Positions 9,231 to 18,289 of a DNA stretch of 64,000 nucleotides are shown one piece after another (the stretch's first letter is position 1; every line of letters starts with the position of its first letter). Under the pieces are notes generated by a model. That model was not told the DNA's origin. It did no database searches and saw only the letters and a program-made list of their open reading frames with translations. The DNA comes from an uncultured delta proteobacterium (GTDB lineage Bacteria; Desulfobacterota; Binatia; Binatales; Binataceae), in NCBI GenBank assembly GCA_963724765.1, contig CAVRVY010000004.1, positions 192,001-256,000 of the forward strand. The letters are read 5' to 3'. A program made the position numbers and the translations under genes.

Positions 9231-11336
9231 CTAGGCGTGCGCGCGCTCCCTTTGCGCGGCCTCACGCGCCTCGCGCGCCTCCTTGACGATCTTTTCGGTG
9301 ACTGGCGGGGGCGCTTCCTCGTAGTGCGAGAAATGCGCCTCGAACGATCCGCGCCCCGAGGTCTTCGAGCGCAGGTCGGGCGCATACTTCAGGATCTCCG
9401 ACATCGGCACCAGCGCCTTGATGACCTGGCTCTGGCCCTTGCGATCCATCCCGAGCACCTTGCCGCGCCGCGCGTTGAGATCGCCGATCACGTCGCCCAT
9501 GCATTCGTCGGGGCAACTCACATCCAGCGCCATCACTGGCTCCAGGATGATCGGCCGGGCTTTTTCGAACGCCGCCTTAAGCCCCATCGAGGCCGCAATC
9601 TGGAAGGCCATGTCGGAGGAATCGACGTCGTGATAGCTGCCTTCGAAAACCGAGACTTTGATGTCCACCACCGGAAAGCCGGCCAGATAGCCCTCGACCA
9701 GCGTGTTGCGCACGCCCTTTTCGACCGACGGGATGAACTGGCGCGGGATCGCGCCGCCGACGATCTCGTCCTTGAACTCGAAACCGCCGCCGCGCGGGAG
9801 CGGCTCTACCTTGAGCCAGCAGTCGCCATACTGTCCGCGGCCGCCTGATTGGCGCTTGTACTTGCCCTGGGCTTCGGCGCGGCCCTTGATGGTTTCCTTG
9901 TAGGGCACCTTGGGCGGCTGAAGTTCAACTTCTACATTAAATTTTCGCTTGAGCTTCTCGACCGTGACCTCGATATGCATCTGCCCCGTGCCCGAGAGGA
10001 TGATCTCGTGGGTTTGCGGATCGCGATGAGTTTCCAGCGCCCGGTCCTCTTCGACCAGGTGCTGCAGCGCCTGTGAGGCTTTCTGCTCGTCGCCCTTGGT
10101 CTTCGGGCGAATCGCAAAGGAGATGACCGTGGCCGGCCGCTCGGGCGCCGGGAAGATGACCGGGGATTTTTCGTCGCACAGCGTGTCGCAGGTCGTGGTG
10201 TCTTTGAGCTTGGCGACCGCAACGATCTCACCCGGCAGCGCGGTTGCGATTGGCGACTGCTTCTTGCCCTCCAGCCGCAGGAGCTGGCCGAAGCGCTCGC
10301 GCACGCCGCGGGTCGAGTTGAGCACCGTAGCGTCGCTTAGGGCGCGGCCCGAGACCACGCGAAAAATCGACAGCTTGCCGGCAAACGGATCGATGACGGT
10401 TTTGAAGACGAAGGCTGAAAACGGCGCCGCCGGGTCGGGCGCGCGCTCGACCGGCTCGCTGTTTGTGCCGCTGAAGCCCTGGCGCGCCGGCCGCACGTTG
10501 GGCGCTGGGAGCAGCGTGTCGATCGCGTCGAGCAACGGCCCGATGCCGATATTCTTAAGCCCCGAGCCGCATAGTACCGGCGTGAGCTTGCCCGCGGCGG
10601 TGGCCGCGCGCAGCGCCGCGCGCAACTCATCGTCCTCCAGCACGCCCTTGTCGAGGTACTTCTCGAGCAGCGCGTCGTCGGTCTCCGCCACGGCCTCGCA
10701 CAGGCGCGTGCGCGCGGTTTCCGCGCGCTCCTTCTGCTCGGCGCTCAGCACTTCCTCCCTGGGTTTGCCACTGGCGTCGGCGTAAATCAGCGCCTTCATC
10801 GCGAGCACGTCGATCACGCCGTTGAACGTGAGTTCAGCACCGATCGGGAGCGTCAGCGCGACTGGATGCGCGTCGAGCGATTTCTCCAGGTCCGTCATCG
10901 CATGGTCAAAGCTGTTGCGTTCACGGTCCAGGCGCGAGACGAAAGCGATTCGCGGAAGGCCAAGCTCGTTCATCTCGGCCCAAATCTTTTCCGATTCGAC
11001 CTTGAGGTCGCCGCCGGCCGTGGCCACGAACACCAGGCTGTCGACCGCGCGCATGGTCGCAAACGAGTCGGGCAGGAACGCCTGGTAGCCGGGAGTGTCG
11101 GCGAGGATGACCTCGTCTTTTTTCCAGTTGTAGTGATGAAACGCCGAGCTGATCGAGATTTTCCGATGCAACTCCTCGGGCTCGAAGTCCATCGCGGCCG
11201 TGCCGTCGTCGGGCCGCCCCTGCCGGGTCAGCATGCCAGCCGTAAACAGCATCGCCTCGGCCAACTCGGTTTTGCCGGTCGCGCCCTGACCGACGATCGC
11301 GATGCTCCTCAGACGTCCGATTTCCTCCACAGCCAT
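9231..11336 (-). CDS. fusA: Elongation factor G paralog (EF-G2 type)
   Basis: Full EF-G domain order; KYKRQSGGRGQYG, GSYHDVDSS, ILEP. G-motifs are divergent (GQGATGKT, RKISI, DTPGY, SRLD). Confidence 0.9.
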   Translation of the reverse strand: MAVEEIGRLRSIAIVGQGATGKTELAEAMLFTAGMLTRQGRPDDGTAAMDFEPEELHRKISISSAFHHYNWKKDEVILADTPGYQAFLPDSFATMRAVDSLVFVATAGGDLKVESEKIWAEMNELGLPRIAFVSRLDRERNSFDHAMTDLEKSLDAHPVALTLPIGAELTFNGVIDVLAMKALIYADASGKPREEVLSAEQKERAETARTRLCEAVAETDDALLEKYLDKGVLEDDELRAALRAATAAGKLTPVLCGSGLKNIGIGPLLDAIDTLLPAPNVRPARQGFSGTNSEPVERAPDPAAPFSAFVFKTVIDPFAGKLSIFRVVSGRALSDATVLNSTRGVRERFGQLLRLEGKKQSPIATALPGEIVAVAKLKDTTTCDTLCDEKSPVIFPAPERPATVISFAIRPKTKGDEQKASQALQHLVEEDRALETHRDPQTHEIILSGTGQMHIEVTVEKLKRKFNVEVELQPPKVPYKETIKGRAEAQGKYKRQSGGRGQYGDCWLKVEPLPRGGGFEFKDEIVGGAIPRQFIPSVEKGVRNTLVEGYLAGFPVVDIKVSVFEGSYHDVDSSDMAFQIAASMGLKAAFEKARPIILEPVMALDVSCPDECMGDVIGDLNARRGKVLGMDRKGQSQVIKALVPMSEILKYAPDLRSKTSGRGSFEAHFSHYEEAPPPVTEKIVKEAREAREAAQRERAHA

Positions 11337-11477
11337 AGCGTTTGCTCCTGGAGATGTTTTCTAGTTGCGCCTGGCCCCCTCGCGCGACGTCCTGCGCGAT
11401 GCTCTGCGACGCCCTGGACGACCCGCGACGGCTGCGATAGCCGCGGTGCCGATGCTCGCCATACTTTGCACCCTACG

Positions 11478-12278
11478 TCAATCGTACGCGCCCTCGATAC
11501 TTACGTCACCCGCCAGTATCCGTACGATTCGTCCCTCGGCCTCCAGCAACAGCGCGCCGTCCGGGCCGATTCCCCGGACCGTCCCGCCGATGCGGCTTTG
11601 ACCGTCGAGCACCGTGACCTGCCGGCCGGTCAGCGCCGAATAGCGCTCCCAGACGGGTCGCATGGCGGCGAACCCGCCGTCCATAGCCTCCATATAGCGG
11701 GAGTCAAGTCTGGAAAAAAGCTGGCCGGCGAGCTCCACCCGGTCACATGGCCTGCCCGTCGCCGCCATCAGCGAGGTCGCTCGCTCCCGCAGATCAGCCG
11801 GGATATCTTCGGGGGCGAGGTTGAGATTGAGGCCGATTCCCAGCAGGACGCAGACCAGGCGATGGCGCGAGTCGGTCACCGCCTCGGCGATCAGCCCGCC
11901 GGCCTTGCGCCCGCCAAGCCATATGTCGTTAGGCCACTTGAGCGCGACGATTCGCGGCGCGACCATCTCCATCGTTTCGGCCACCGCGACGCCGGCGACC
12001 AGGCTGAGCAGCGGGGCCTCGGCTACCGGCATCTCGGGGCGCAAGATGAAGGTGCCGTAAAAGTTGACGCCCGGCGGCGAATGCCAGGTCCGGCCCATCC
12101 GCCCCCGCCCCGCCGTCTGCCGCTCGGCGATCACGACCTCGCCATGAAGCGCGCTGCGGGAGGCCATCTCCGCCGCAGTCTGCTGCGTGGATTCCAAATC
12201 CTCAAAATAATGCACGCGCCATCCGATCGACCCGCTGCGGCGGCCGGCTTCGGCTGGGCGATAGGGGTTGTCAGTCAC
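11478..12278 (-). CDS. birA: Biotin--[acetyl-CoA-carboxylase] ligase (no HTH)
   Basis: QTAGRGRMGRTWHSP, LKWPND, KAGG and GIGLN motifs. Confidence 0.93.
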   Translation of the reverse strand: MTDNPYRPAEAGRRSGSIGWRVHYFEDLESTQQTAAEMASRSALHGEVVIAERQTAGRGRMGRTWHSPPGVNFYGTFILRPEMPVAEAPLLSLVAGVAVAETMEMVAPRIVALKWPNDIWLGGRKAGGLIAEAVTDSRHRLVCVLLGIGLNLNLAPEDIPADLRERATSLMAATGRPCDRVELAGQLFSRLDSRYMEAMDGGFAAMRPVWERYSALTGRQVTVLDGQSRIGGTVRGIGPDGALLLEAEGRIVRILAGDVSIEGAYD

Positions 12279-12330
12279 TTTGCAGCCGCTCTAATTGATC
12301 CGCGACGTTACTGCGGATCGATTCGCATGC

Positions 12331-13191
12331 TCAGCGATCGATTCGCATGCTCAAATCGATGGCGGGCGCCGAATGGGTCAGCGCACCGACGGAAATCAGA
12401 TCGACACCGGTCTCCGCGATCGCGCGCACGCCCTCGAGCGTCACCCCGCCGGAAACCTCGAGCAGCACGCGCCCGGCCGGAGCGAGCGCGCGCGCCCGGC
12501 GCACGTCGTCGAGCGTCATGTTGTCGAGCAGGATCGAATCGGCCCCGGCGGTCAGCGCCTCCTCGACCTGGGCCAGCGTCTCGCATTCAATTTCGAGCCG
12601 TAGCGTGTGCGGCGCGAGCTGGCGCGCGCGCTCCAGCGCATGGCGCACCGAGCCGGCCGCCGCGATATGGTTCTCCTTGATCAGGACGCCGCTATCGAGG
12701 CCGAAGCGATGGTTGAAGCCGCCGCCGGCGCGCACCGCGTATTTCTCGATCATGCGGAGCCCTGGATGGGTCTTGCGGGTGTCGATGATGCGCGCGCCAG
12801 TGCCGGCCACGGCGTCGACGTAGCGCCGGGTCATGGTCGCAATCCCCGACATCAATTGTGCGAAGTTGAGCGCAGTTCGCTCGCCGATCAGTAGCCCGGC
12901 AAGCTGGCCCCGTATCTCAGCCGCGCGCTCGCCCTGCGCGAGAATCTTGCCCTCCGGCGCGAGCGACTCGATCTCGGGCGCGGCGCCCGCCAGGTGAAAA
13001 ATCTCCGCCAGCAACACGCCGCCGCAAAACACGATGTGCGGCGACTCCTTCACCACGATCTGTGCCCGTCCGGGCTGTCCCGCAGCGACAGTCGCCGCCG
13101 TGGTGATGTCGCCCTGCCCCAGGTCTTCCTGCAAAGTAGCACGCAGCAGCGCGTTCAAATTAAGCCGTTCCACTTGATTGAACAGTTTCAT
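12331..13191 (-). CDS. nadC: Nicotinate-nucleotide pyrophosphorylase (carboxylating)
   Basis: EDLGQGDIT, ERTALN, DTRKTHPG, HRFGL, LLDNM, SGG, ISVGALTHSA. Start reassigned to ATG 13191. Confidence 0.95.
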   Translation of the reverse strand: MKLFNQVERLNLNALLRATLQEDLGQGDITTAATVAAGQPGRAQIVVKESPHIVFCGGVLLAEIFHLAGAAPEIESLAPEGKILAQGERAAEIRGQLAGLLIGERTALNFAQLMSGIATMTRRYVDAVAGTGARIIDTRKTHPGLRMIEKYAVRAGGGFNHRFGLDSGVLIKENHIAAAGSVRHALERARQLAPHTLRLEIECETLAQVEEALTAGADSILLDNMTLDDVRRARALAPAGRVLLEVSGGVTLEGVRAIAETGVDLISVGALTHSAPAIDLSMRIDR

Positions 13192-13199
13192 GTCCGCCC

Positions 13200-15878
13200 T
13201 CAGTTCGCCTCCAGGAGCCGTAACTGCTTGCGCAGAAGCTCCTGCTGGCTCGCCAGTTCCTGGGCGCGTTGCTGCATCTGCTCCTGCATCTCGGGCGCCG
13301 CCTTGGCCACGAAATCGGGATTGTCCAGGCGCGCCTGATGCTGTTTGTGATGGGCGGTCACTTCGTCGAGTTTCTTGCGAATGGCGGCGCGCGCCCGCTC
13401 GAAATCGAATCCCTCGGGCGCCATCACGGCGACCTCGCCCCATCCCAGCACCGCCGTCACCATCCCGCCCGGCGTGTTGTCGGATGGTCCTGCCAATCCG
13501 AGGCTCGCCGCTTTGGCCATCGTCGCAGCGTAGGGTTTCCATCGCTCGAATTCCGCGCGGAACTCCGCAGCCGCACCGTCGGCGCCGAGAAACTTGATCC
13601 GCGCCTCGACTCGTTGTCCCGGATGATAGCCGAGCAGCGAGCGCAATGAATTGATCGCCTCGGTCGCCGCGATACACCGCTCCATCGCCGCCGCTTCGTT
13701 GGGGCCGAGCGCGTCCGCGGCCTGCGCCGAGGGAAACTTCGCGACCGCGAGATGCGGCGCGAGACCGGGCTCGTCAATATACGGCCGCAGCGCCTGCCAG
13801 ATTTCCTCGGTGATGAAAGGCATGAAGGGATGGAGCAGCCGGAGCAACCCGTCGAAGCATCGCACCAGCACCCAACGCACAGCGGTCTGCCGCTCGCCGT
13901 CCTGCTTGAGCGGCTCCTTGGCCAGTTCGATATACCAGTCACAGAACTCGTGCCAGATGAAGCTGTAGGCGCGCAACGCGGCGACGTTGAACTCATAACG
14001 ATCGATCGCGCCGCTGACCGCCGCGATCGCGCTGTCGAGCGAGGCCAGGATCCATCGCTCGGCCAGCGGGAGATCGACAACTTTGGCCGGCGGCAGCGGC
14101 TGCGGCGCGTCCGCGAGGTTCATCAGCACGAAACGCGCCGCGTTCCACACCTTGTTGGCGAAGGCGCGTGAGGCGGCCAGGCGATCGTCGGACAAGATCA
14201 GGTCGCGCCCCTGCACGCTTAGCTGCGCCAGCGTAAAACGAACCGCGTCGGTGCCGTAGCGCTCCATGATTTGCAGCGGATCGACCACGTTGCCGCGCGA
14301 CTTCGTCATCTTCTTGCCGAACTGATCGCGCACCAGCGGCGTGATATAAACGTCGCGAAACGGCACCTCGCCCGTGCACTTCAAGCCCATCATCATCATC
14401 CGCGCGACCCAGAAAAAAATGATGTCGAAGCCGGTGATGAGCAGGCTGGTTGGGTAGTAGCGCGCGAGCTCGGGTGTCTGCTCGGGCCATCCAAGGGTCG
14501 AAAAGGGCCACAGCGCCGAGCTGAACCAGGTGTCGAGCACGTCTTCTTCCTGGCGCAGATCGCCGCTGCCACACTTGGTGCACGCCGGCGGGCGCTCGGC
14601 CGCGACCATCATCTCGCCGCATCGCTCGCACCAATAAGCGGGGATACGATGGCCCCACCAGAGTTGGCGCGAGATGCACCAGTCGTAAACGTTCTCCATC
14701 CAGCTGAAATAGGTGTTCTCCCAGCGCTTCGGATGGAATGTCGTGCGGCCGTCGCGCACCGCCGCAAGCGCCTCGTCGGCGAGCGGCTTGACCCGCACGA
14801 ACCATTGGTTCGAGAGCATCGGCTCGACCACCGTCTCGCAGCGCGAGCAGACGCCGATCGCATGCTGATGCGGCTCCATCTTCTCGAGCAGGCCCAGCAC
14901 CGTGAGGTCGTCGACCACCTTGCTCCGGCAATCTTCGCGTGTCATCCCGCGATACGGGCCGGCCTCGTCGTTCATCCGCCCATGCGTATCCATCACGGAA
15001 ATCTGCGGAAGGTTGTGCCGCCGCCCCATCTGGAAGTCGTTGAAGTCGTGCCCCGGCGTGATCTTGACCGCGCCGGAGCCGAAAGCGGGATCGACGCTGG
15101 GGTCGGAGATTATCGGGATTTCGCGCTCGATGAGCGGCAGGATGATCTTCTTGCCGAACATCGCCTTGTAGCGCGCGTCATCCGGATGCACCGCCACGGC
15201 GGTGTCACCCAGCATCGTCTCCGGCCGCGTCGTCGCCACGGTCACCGCGCCCGAGCCGTCGGCCAGCGGATAGCGGATGTACCAGAGATGGCCGGGCGTA
15301 TCCTTGTGGTCGACTTCTAAATCGCTAAGTGCCGTTTCGCATCGCGGACACCAGTTGATGAGACTGAGCGCGCGGTAAATCAGTCCCTCGCGATAGAGCC
15401 TGACGAAAATTTCAGTCACTGCGCGCGAGAGCCCCGGGTCGAGCGTGAAACGCTCGCGGCTCCAGTCGCATGAGGCGCCCAGCCGGCGCAACTGGTTGAG
15501 AATCCGGCCGCCATAGGTCTCACGCCACTGCCATACGCGGGCGACGAACGCCTCGCGGCCGAGATCGTGGCGGTTCTTGCCCTCTTTTGCCAGTTCGCGC
15601 TCGACCACGTTTTGCGTGGCGATCCCGGCGTGGTCGGTGCCCGGCTGCCACAGCGTGTTGTAGCCCTGCATCCGGCGCGTGCGCACGATAACGTCGTGCA
15701 GGGTGACGTTGAGCGCGTGGCCGAGATGGAGCTGGCCGGTAACGTTGGGCGGCGGAATTACGATCGAGAAGACCGGGCCGGGGCGGGACGGGTCGGCCTT
15801 GAAGTAGCCGAGGTCAATCCAGCGGTGATACCAGTGATCTTCCGCGCTTTTCGGGTCGAAAGTCTTGCCTAATTCCAA
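13200..15878 (-). CDS. valS: Valine--tRNA ligase
   Basis: PPPNVTGQLHLGH, DWCISRQLWWGH, KMTKS and C-terminal coiled coil. Confidence 0.98.
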   Translation of the reverse strand: MELGKTFDPKSAEDHWYHRWIDLGYFKADPSRPGPVFSIVIPPPNVTGQLHLGHALNVTLHDVIVRTRRMQGYNTLWQPGTDHAGIATQNVVERELAKEGKNRHDLGREAFVARVWQWRETYGGRILNQLRRLGASCDWSRERFTLDPGLSRAVTEIFVRLYREGLIYRALSLINWCPRCETALSDLEVDHKDTPGHLWYIRYPLADGSGAVTVATTRPETMLGDTAVAVHPDDARYKAMFGKKIILPLIEREIPIISDPSVDPAFGSGAVKITPGHDFNDFQMGRRHNLPQISVMDTHGRMNDEAGPYRGMTREDCRSKVVDDLTVLGLLEKMEPHQHAIGVCSRCETVVEPMLSNQWFVRVKPLADEALAAVRDGRTTFHPKRWENTYFSWMENVYDWCISRQLWWGHRIPAYWCERCGEMMVAAERPPACTKCGSGDLRQEEDVLDTWFSSALWPFSTLGWPEQTPELARYYPTSLLITGFDIIFFWVARMMMMGLKCTGEVPFRDVYITPLVRDQFGKKMTKSRGNVVDPLQIMERYGTDAVRFTLAQLSVQGRDLILSDDRLAASRAFANKVWNAARFVLMNLADAPQPLPPAKVVDLPLAERWILASLDSAIAAVSGAIDRYEFNVAALRAYSFIWHEFCDWYIELAKEPLKQDGERQTAVRWVLVRCFDGLLRLLHPFMPFITEEIWQALRPYIDEPGLAPHLAVAKFPSAQAADALGPNEAAAMERCIAATEAINSLRSLLGYHPGQRVEARIKFLGADGAAAEFRAEFERWKPYAATMAKAASLGLAGPSDNTPGGMVTAVLGWGEVAVMAPEGFDFERARAAIRKKLDEVTAHHKQHQARLDNPDFVAKAAPEMQEQMQQRAQELASQQELLRKQLRLLEAN

Positions 15879-15925
15879 GAGGTGTCCATCTTACGGATAA
15901 TCGCGTCGCGCTCGACGGTCGAAAC

Positions 15926-16011
15926 TGGTGCGAGAGGGGGGACTTGAACCCCCACGAGCTTGCGCTCACAAGGTCCTGAGCCTTGCGCGTCTGCCGTTCC
16001 GCCACTCTCGC
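15926..16011 (-). tRNA. tRNA-Leu(CAG)
   Basis: Reverse complement GCGAGAG...CAAGG-CT-CAG-GA-CCTTG...GGTTCAAGTCC...CTCTCGCA-CCA; long variable arm and encoded CCA. Confidence 0.96.
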
Positions 16012-16109
16012 ACACCGGTAAGTGAAAGGGTTTAATCGGCTGGGGGAGCGAATTCAAGCTGCCGATCCTCAGCGCAGCATTGGCAGGCTGTTTTTGAGCG
16101 AAAATATTT

Positions 16110-17012
16110 TTGAAACTCTCGATCATAATCGCGACTCACGCGCGTCCCGACGCGCTCGAACGCCTGCTCGGTAGCCTGGCGCCCCAACTCGGCGGCACTG
16201 CCAGCGAAGCTTCGCACGAAATCCTCGTGGCGGAAAACGGCACGCCCGCGCCTTCGATGCTGTCCACGACAGCGCCGCCGCTCGAGCATCTGCACGACCC
16301 GCGCCCGGGCAAATGCCGAATCCAGAACGTCGCCATCCGCCACGCCGCAGGCGATATCATCGTATGCCTTGACGATGACCTCGTCGCCGCGCCGAACTAC
16401 CTCGCCGAGGTCGAGCGCTTTTTTACCGAGCATCCGGGATTCGCCGCGATGAAGGGGCGCATCCTGCCGGCCGAGGACCCAACGGCCAAGGTTGGCCCCG
16501 AGGCCGCGGCATGGCTCGACCTTCCGATCGTTGACCATGGCGAGGAAGTTATCGAGGTGCGCGGCGTGCTGGGCGCGAACATGGCGTTTCGCGCCACTGC
16601 TCTCGCGCGCGTCGGGCTCTTCGACGAACGCCTGGGGCCGGGAGCGGCCGGCCATGAAGAGGAGACCGAAATGTCGGCGCGCCTTGCACGCGCCGGATTC
16701 AGGATCGGTTACGCGCCGCGCGCGCTGGTCTACCACGACGTGGACCCGAGCCGGGCCGATCGCGCCCGCTTTCTGCGCATCGCGCGCGAGCGCGGACGAT
16801 GCCGGATGATCCACGAATCGCATCGCGCGTTTCCAGTGATCGCGGACAACGCGATAGCGGCTCTACGAGTATGGACCGCGCGGCTCGCGGGCGCCGGACC
16901 GCAGCGCCTCGCACGCGAGGAGCGGCGTCTGGCGGTCGCGCGAGGGATGCTCGACGGACTGCGGTCTAATGGATTTCGTTCCTGCGGATTGCGCTCTTGC
17001 GGCCGCGGCTAG
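16110..17012 (+). CDS. Glycosyltransferase family 2
   Basis: LSIIIAT, CLDDD, GANMAFR and FDERLG motifs. Confidence 0.9.
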   Translation: MKLSIIIATHARPDALERLLGSLAPQLGGTASEASHEILVAENGTPAPSMLSTTAPPLEHLHDPRPGKCRIQNVAIRHAAGDIIVCLDDDLVAAPNYLAEVERFFTEHPGFAAMKGRILPAEDPTAKVGPEAAAWLDLPIVDHGEEVIEVRGVLGANMAFRATALARVGLFDERLGPGAAGHEEETEMSARLARAGFRIGYAPRALVYHDVDPSRADRARFLRIARERGRCRMIHESHRAFPVIADNAIAALRVWTARLAGAGPQRLAREERRLAVARGMLDGLRSNGFRSCGLRSCGRG

Positions 17013-18130
17013 TTTTTTAGCGAATCGACTATCTCGAGCAGCCTGGCGCAATAGCCACTCCACGGATGGGCCTCGGCCGCGGCGCGCACGATATCCTCGC
17101 ACTGATGCTCGGTCTGCAACAATGCCGTGAGGCGCTCGGCAATCTCGGCGGAGTTGGCCGGATCTTTCACGACGAACGGACGCATCGTGGCCGGCAGCAG
17201 TTCTGCGACTCCCGATTGCGCGCTGACCAGCACGCCGAGTCCGCCGGCCATCGCTTCCATCACGACATTCCCGAAGGGCTCAAAGAACGAGGGCAGCGCG
17301 AACGCGTCGGCGGCATGCAGCAGTTGCTCGATTTGGCCCATCGCGCCCAGAAAGCGCACCCGCGAGCCGACTCCAAGCCGATGGGCGAGGCGGATATAGC
17401 GGAGCGCCGAGCGGTCGGTGCCGGCGACCAGCAGATACGGATGCGATTTGAGCGCAGGCCACGCTTCGAGCAGCGGCCCGAGTCCTTTGCGCGCGAAACC
17501 GTTGCCCACGAACGCGACCACCGGAGTACCGGTTTCGACTTCGAACATCTGCCGAAAGCGCGCGCGCTCGGCCAGGCTGGAGGGATGGAAGCGTTCGAGG
17601 TCGACTCCATTATACAGCGTCACCGCTTTGTCCGAGTCGAGGGCGAACTCCTCGATTAGCTGGGCGCGAACCAGTTGCGAAACCGCGATCGCCCGGCGCA
17701 TGGTGGGAGATTTGAAGGCCGCCCGTTCGACTATAATTTGCGCGCGATGGTACGGCCGCAGGCGCATCGCAGCCGCCGCCCAGTTCCCGCGCCATCGCTG
17801 TGCCGCCCGCAGATAGGCGATGTGTGCGCCGCCGCCCGAGCGCAGGATGTCTGCGCCCACCGCCCGCGCAAAACTCAGCACCAGTTCGGCACCGTCGCGC
17901 CGCGCCTGCGCCGGCGCCTCCCAGGCAAAACGCATCAATCGGAACGGACCGCTCGGCCATCGCGAGCCAACCTGTACCACGCGCCATCGCTGCGAGGGTC
18001 CGCGCGCTTCAGCGGTATAGACGGTTATGTCGTGTCCCGCTTCGGCAAGACATTGCGCGGTGACGATCAAATCGCGCTCGGTGCCGCCGCCGCCCGGGTC
18101 GAAGCGCCGCGCGATCAATGCTACGCGCAT
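17009..18130 (-). CDS. Glycosyltransferase family 4 (WaaG/RfaG-like)
   Basis: GGTER, YNGVD, RKGL, EPFGNVVMEAMA. Start set at MRVALIARRF. Confidence 0.9.
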   Translation of the reverse strand: MRVALIARRFDPGGGGTERDLIVTAQCLAEAGHDITVYTAEARGPSQRWRVVQVGSRWPSGPFRLMRFAWEAPAQARRDGAELVLSFARAVGADILRSGGGAHIAYLRAAQRWRGNWAAAAMRLRPYHRAQIIVERAAFKSPTMRRAIAVSQLVRAQLIEEFALDSDKAVTLYNGVDLERFHPSSLAERARFRQMFEVETGTPVVAFVGNGFARKGLGPLLEAWPALKSHPYLLVAGTDRSALRYIRLAHRLGVGSRVRFLGAMGQIEQLLHAADAFALPSFFEPFGNVVMEAMAGGLGVLVSAQSGVAELLPATMRPFVVKDPANSAEIAERLTALLQTEHQCEDIVRAAAEAHPWSGYCARLLEIVDSLKN

Positions 18131-18139
18131 AGCGGTCCA

Positions 18140-18202
18140 GCCAGCGCGCTTCGCGCTTGTGCCAGCGCGCATCGCGCTTGTGCCAACGCGCTTCGCGCTT
18201 GC
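18140..18202. repeat. 21-bp tandem repeat x3 with internal palindrome
   Basis: GCCAGCGCGCTTCGCGCTTGT / GCCAGCGCGCATCGCGCTTGT / GCCAACGCGCTTCGCGCTTGC. Confidence 0.9.
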
Positions 18203-18289
18203 GGCCAGTATCGTCGCGAACTCAAGAGATGCCTGACGCGTGGCCTTGTGTTAGCGTAATTGACCAGTGGAGAAAGGGGTGCGGATGCG

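Noticed and set aside
10866-12680. Long antisense ORFs (this 604-aa one, 48-668, 30070-31731, 55029-56549 and others)
   Set aside because: Shadow frames of real genes in high-GC DNA; Arg/Ala-rich with no motifs.
12331-13677. 448-aa extended NadC; likewise extended ORFs 28188-29267, 36106-36822 and 59770-61344
   Set aside because: The extensions overlap neighbouring genes or intergenic DNA; internal starts give normal-length proteins.
15926-16011. tRNA-Leu as a prophage or island attachment site
   Set aside because: No duplicated tRNA 3' end or integrase seen; valS follows directly.
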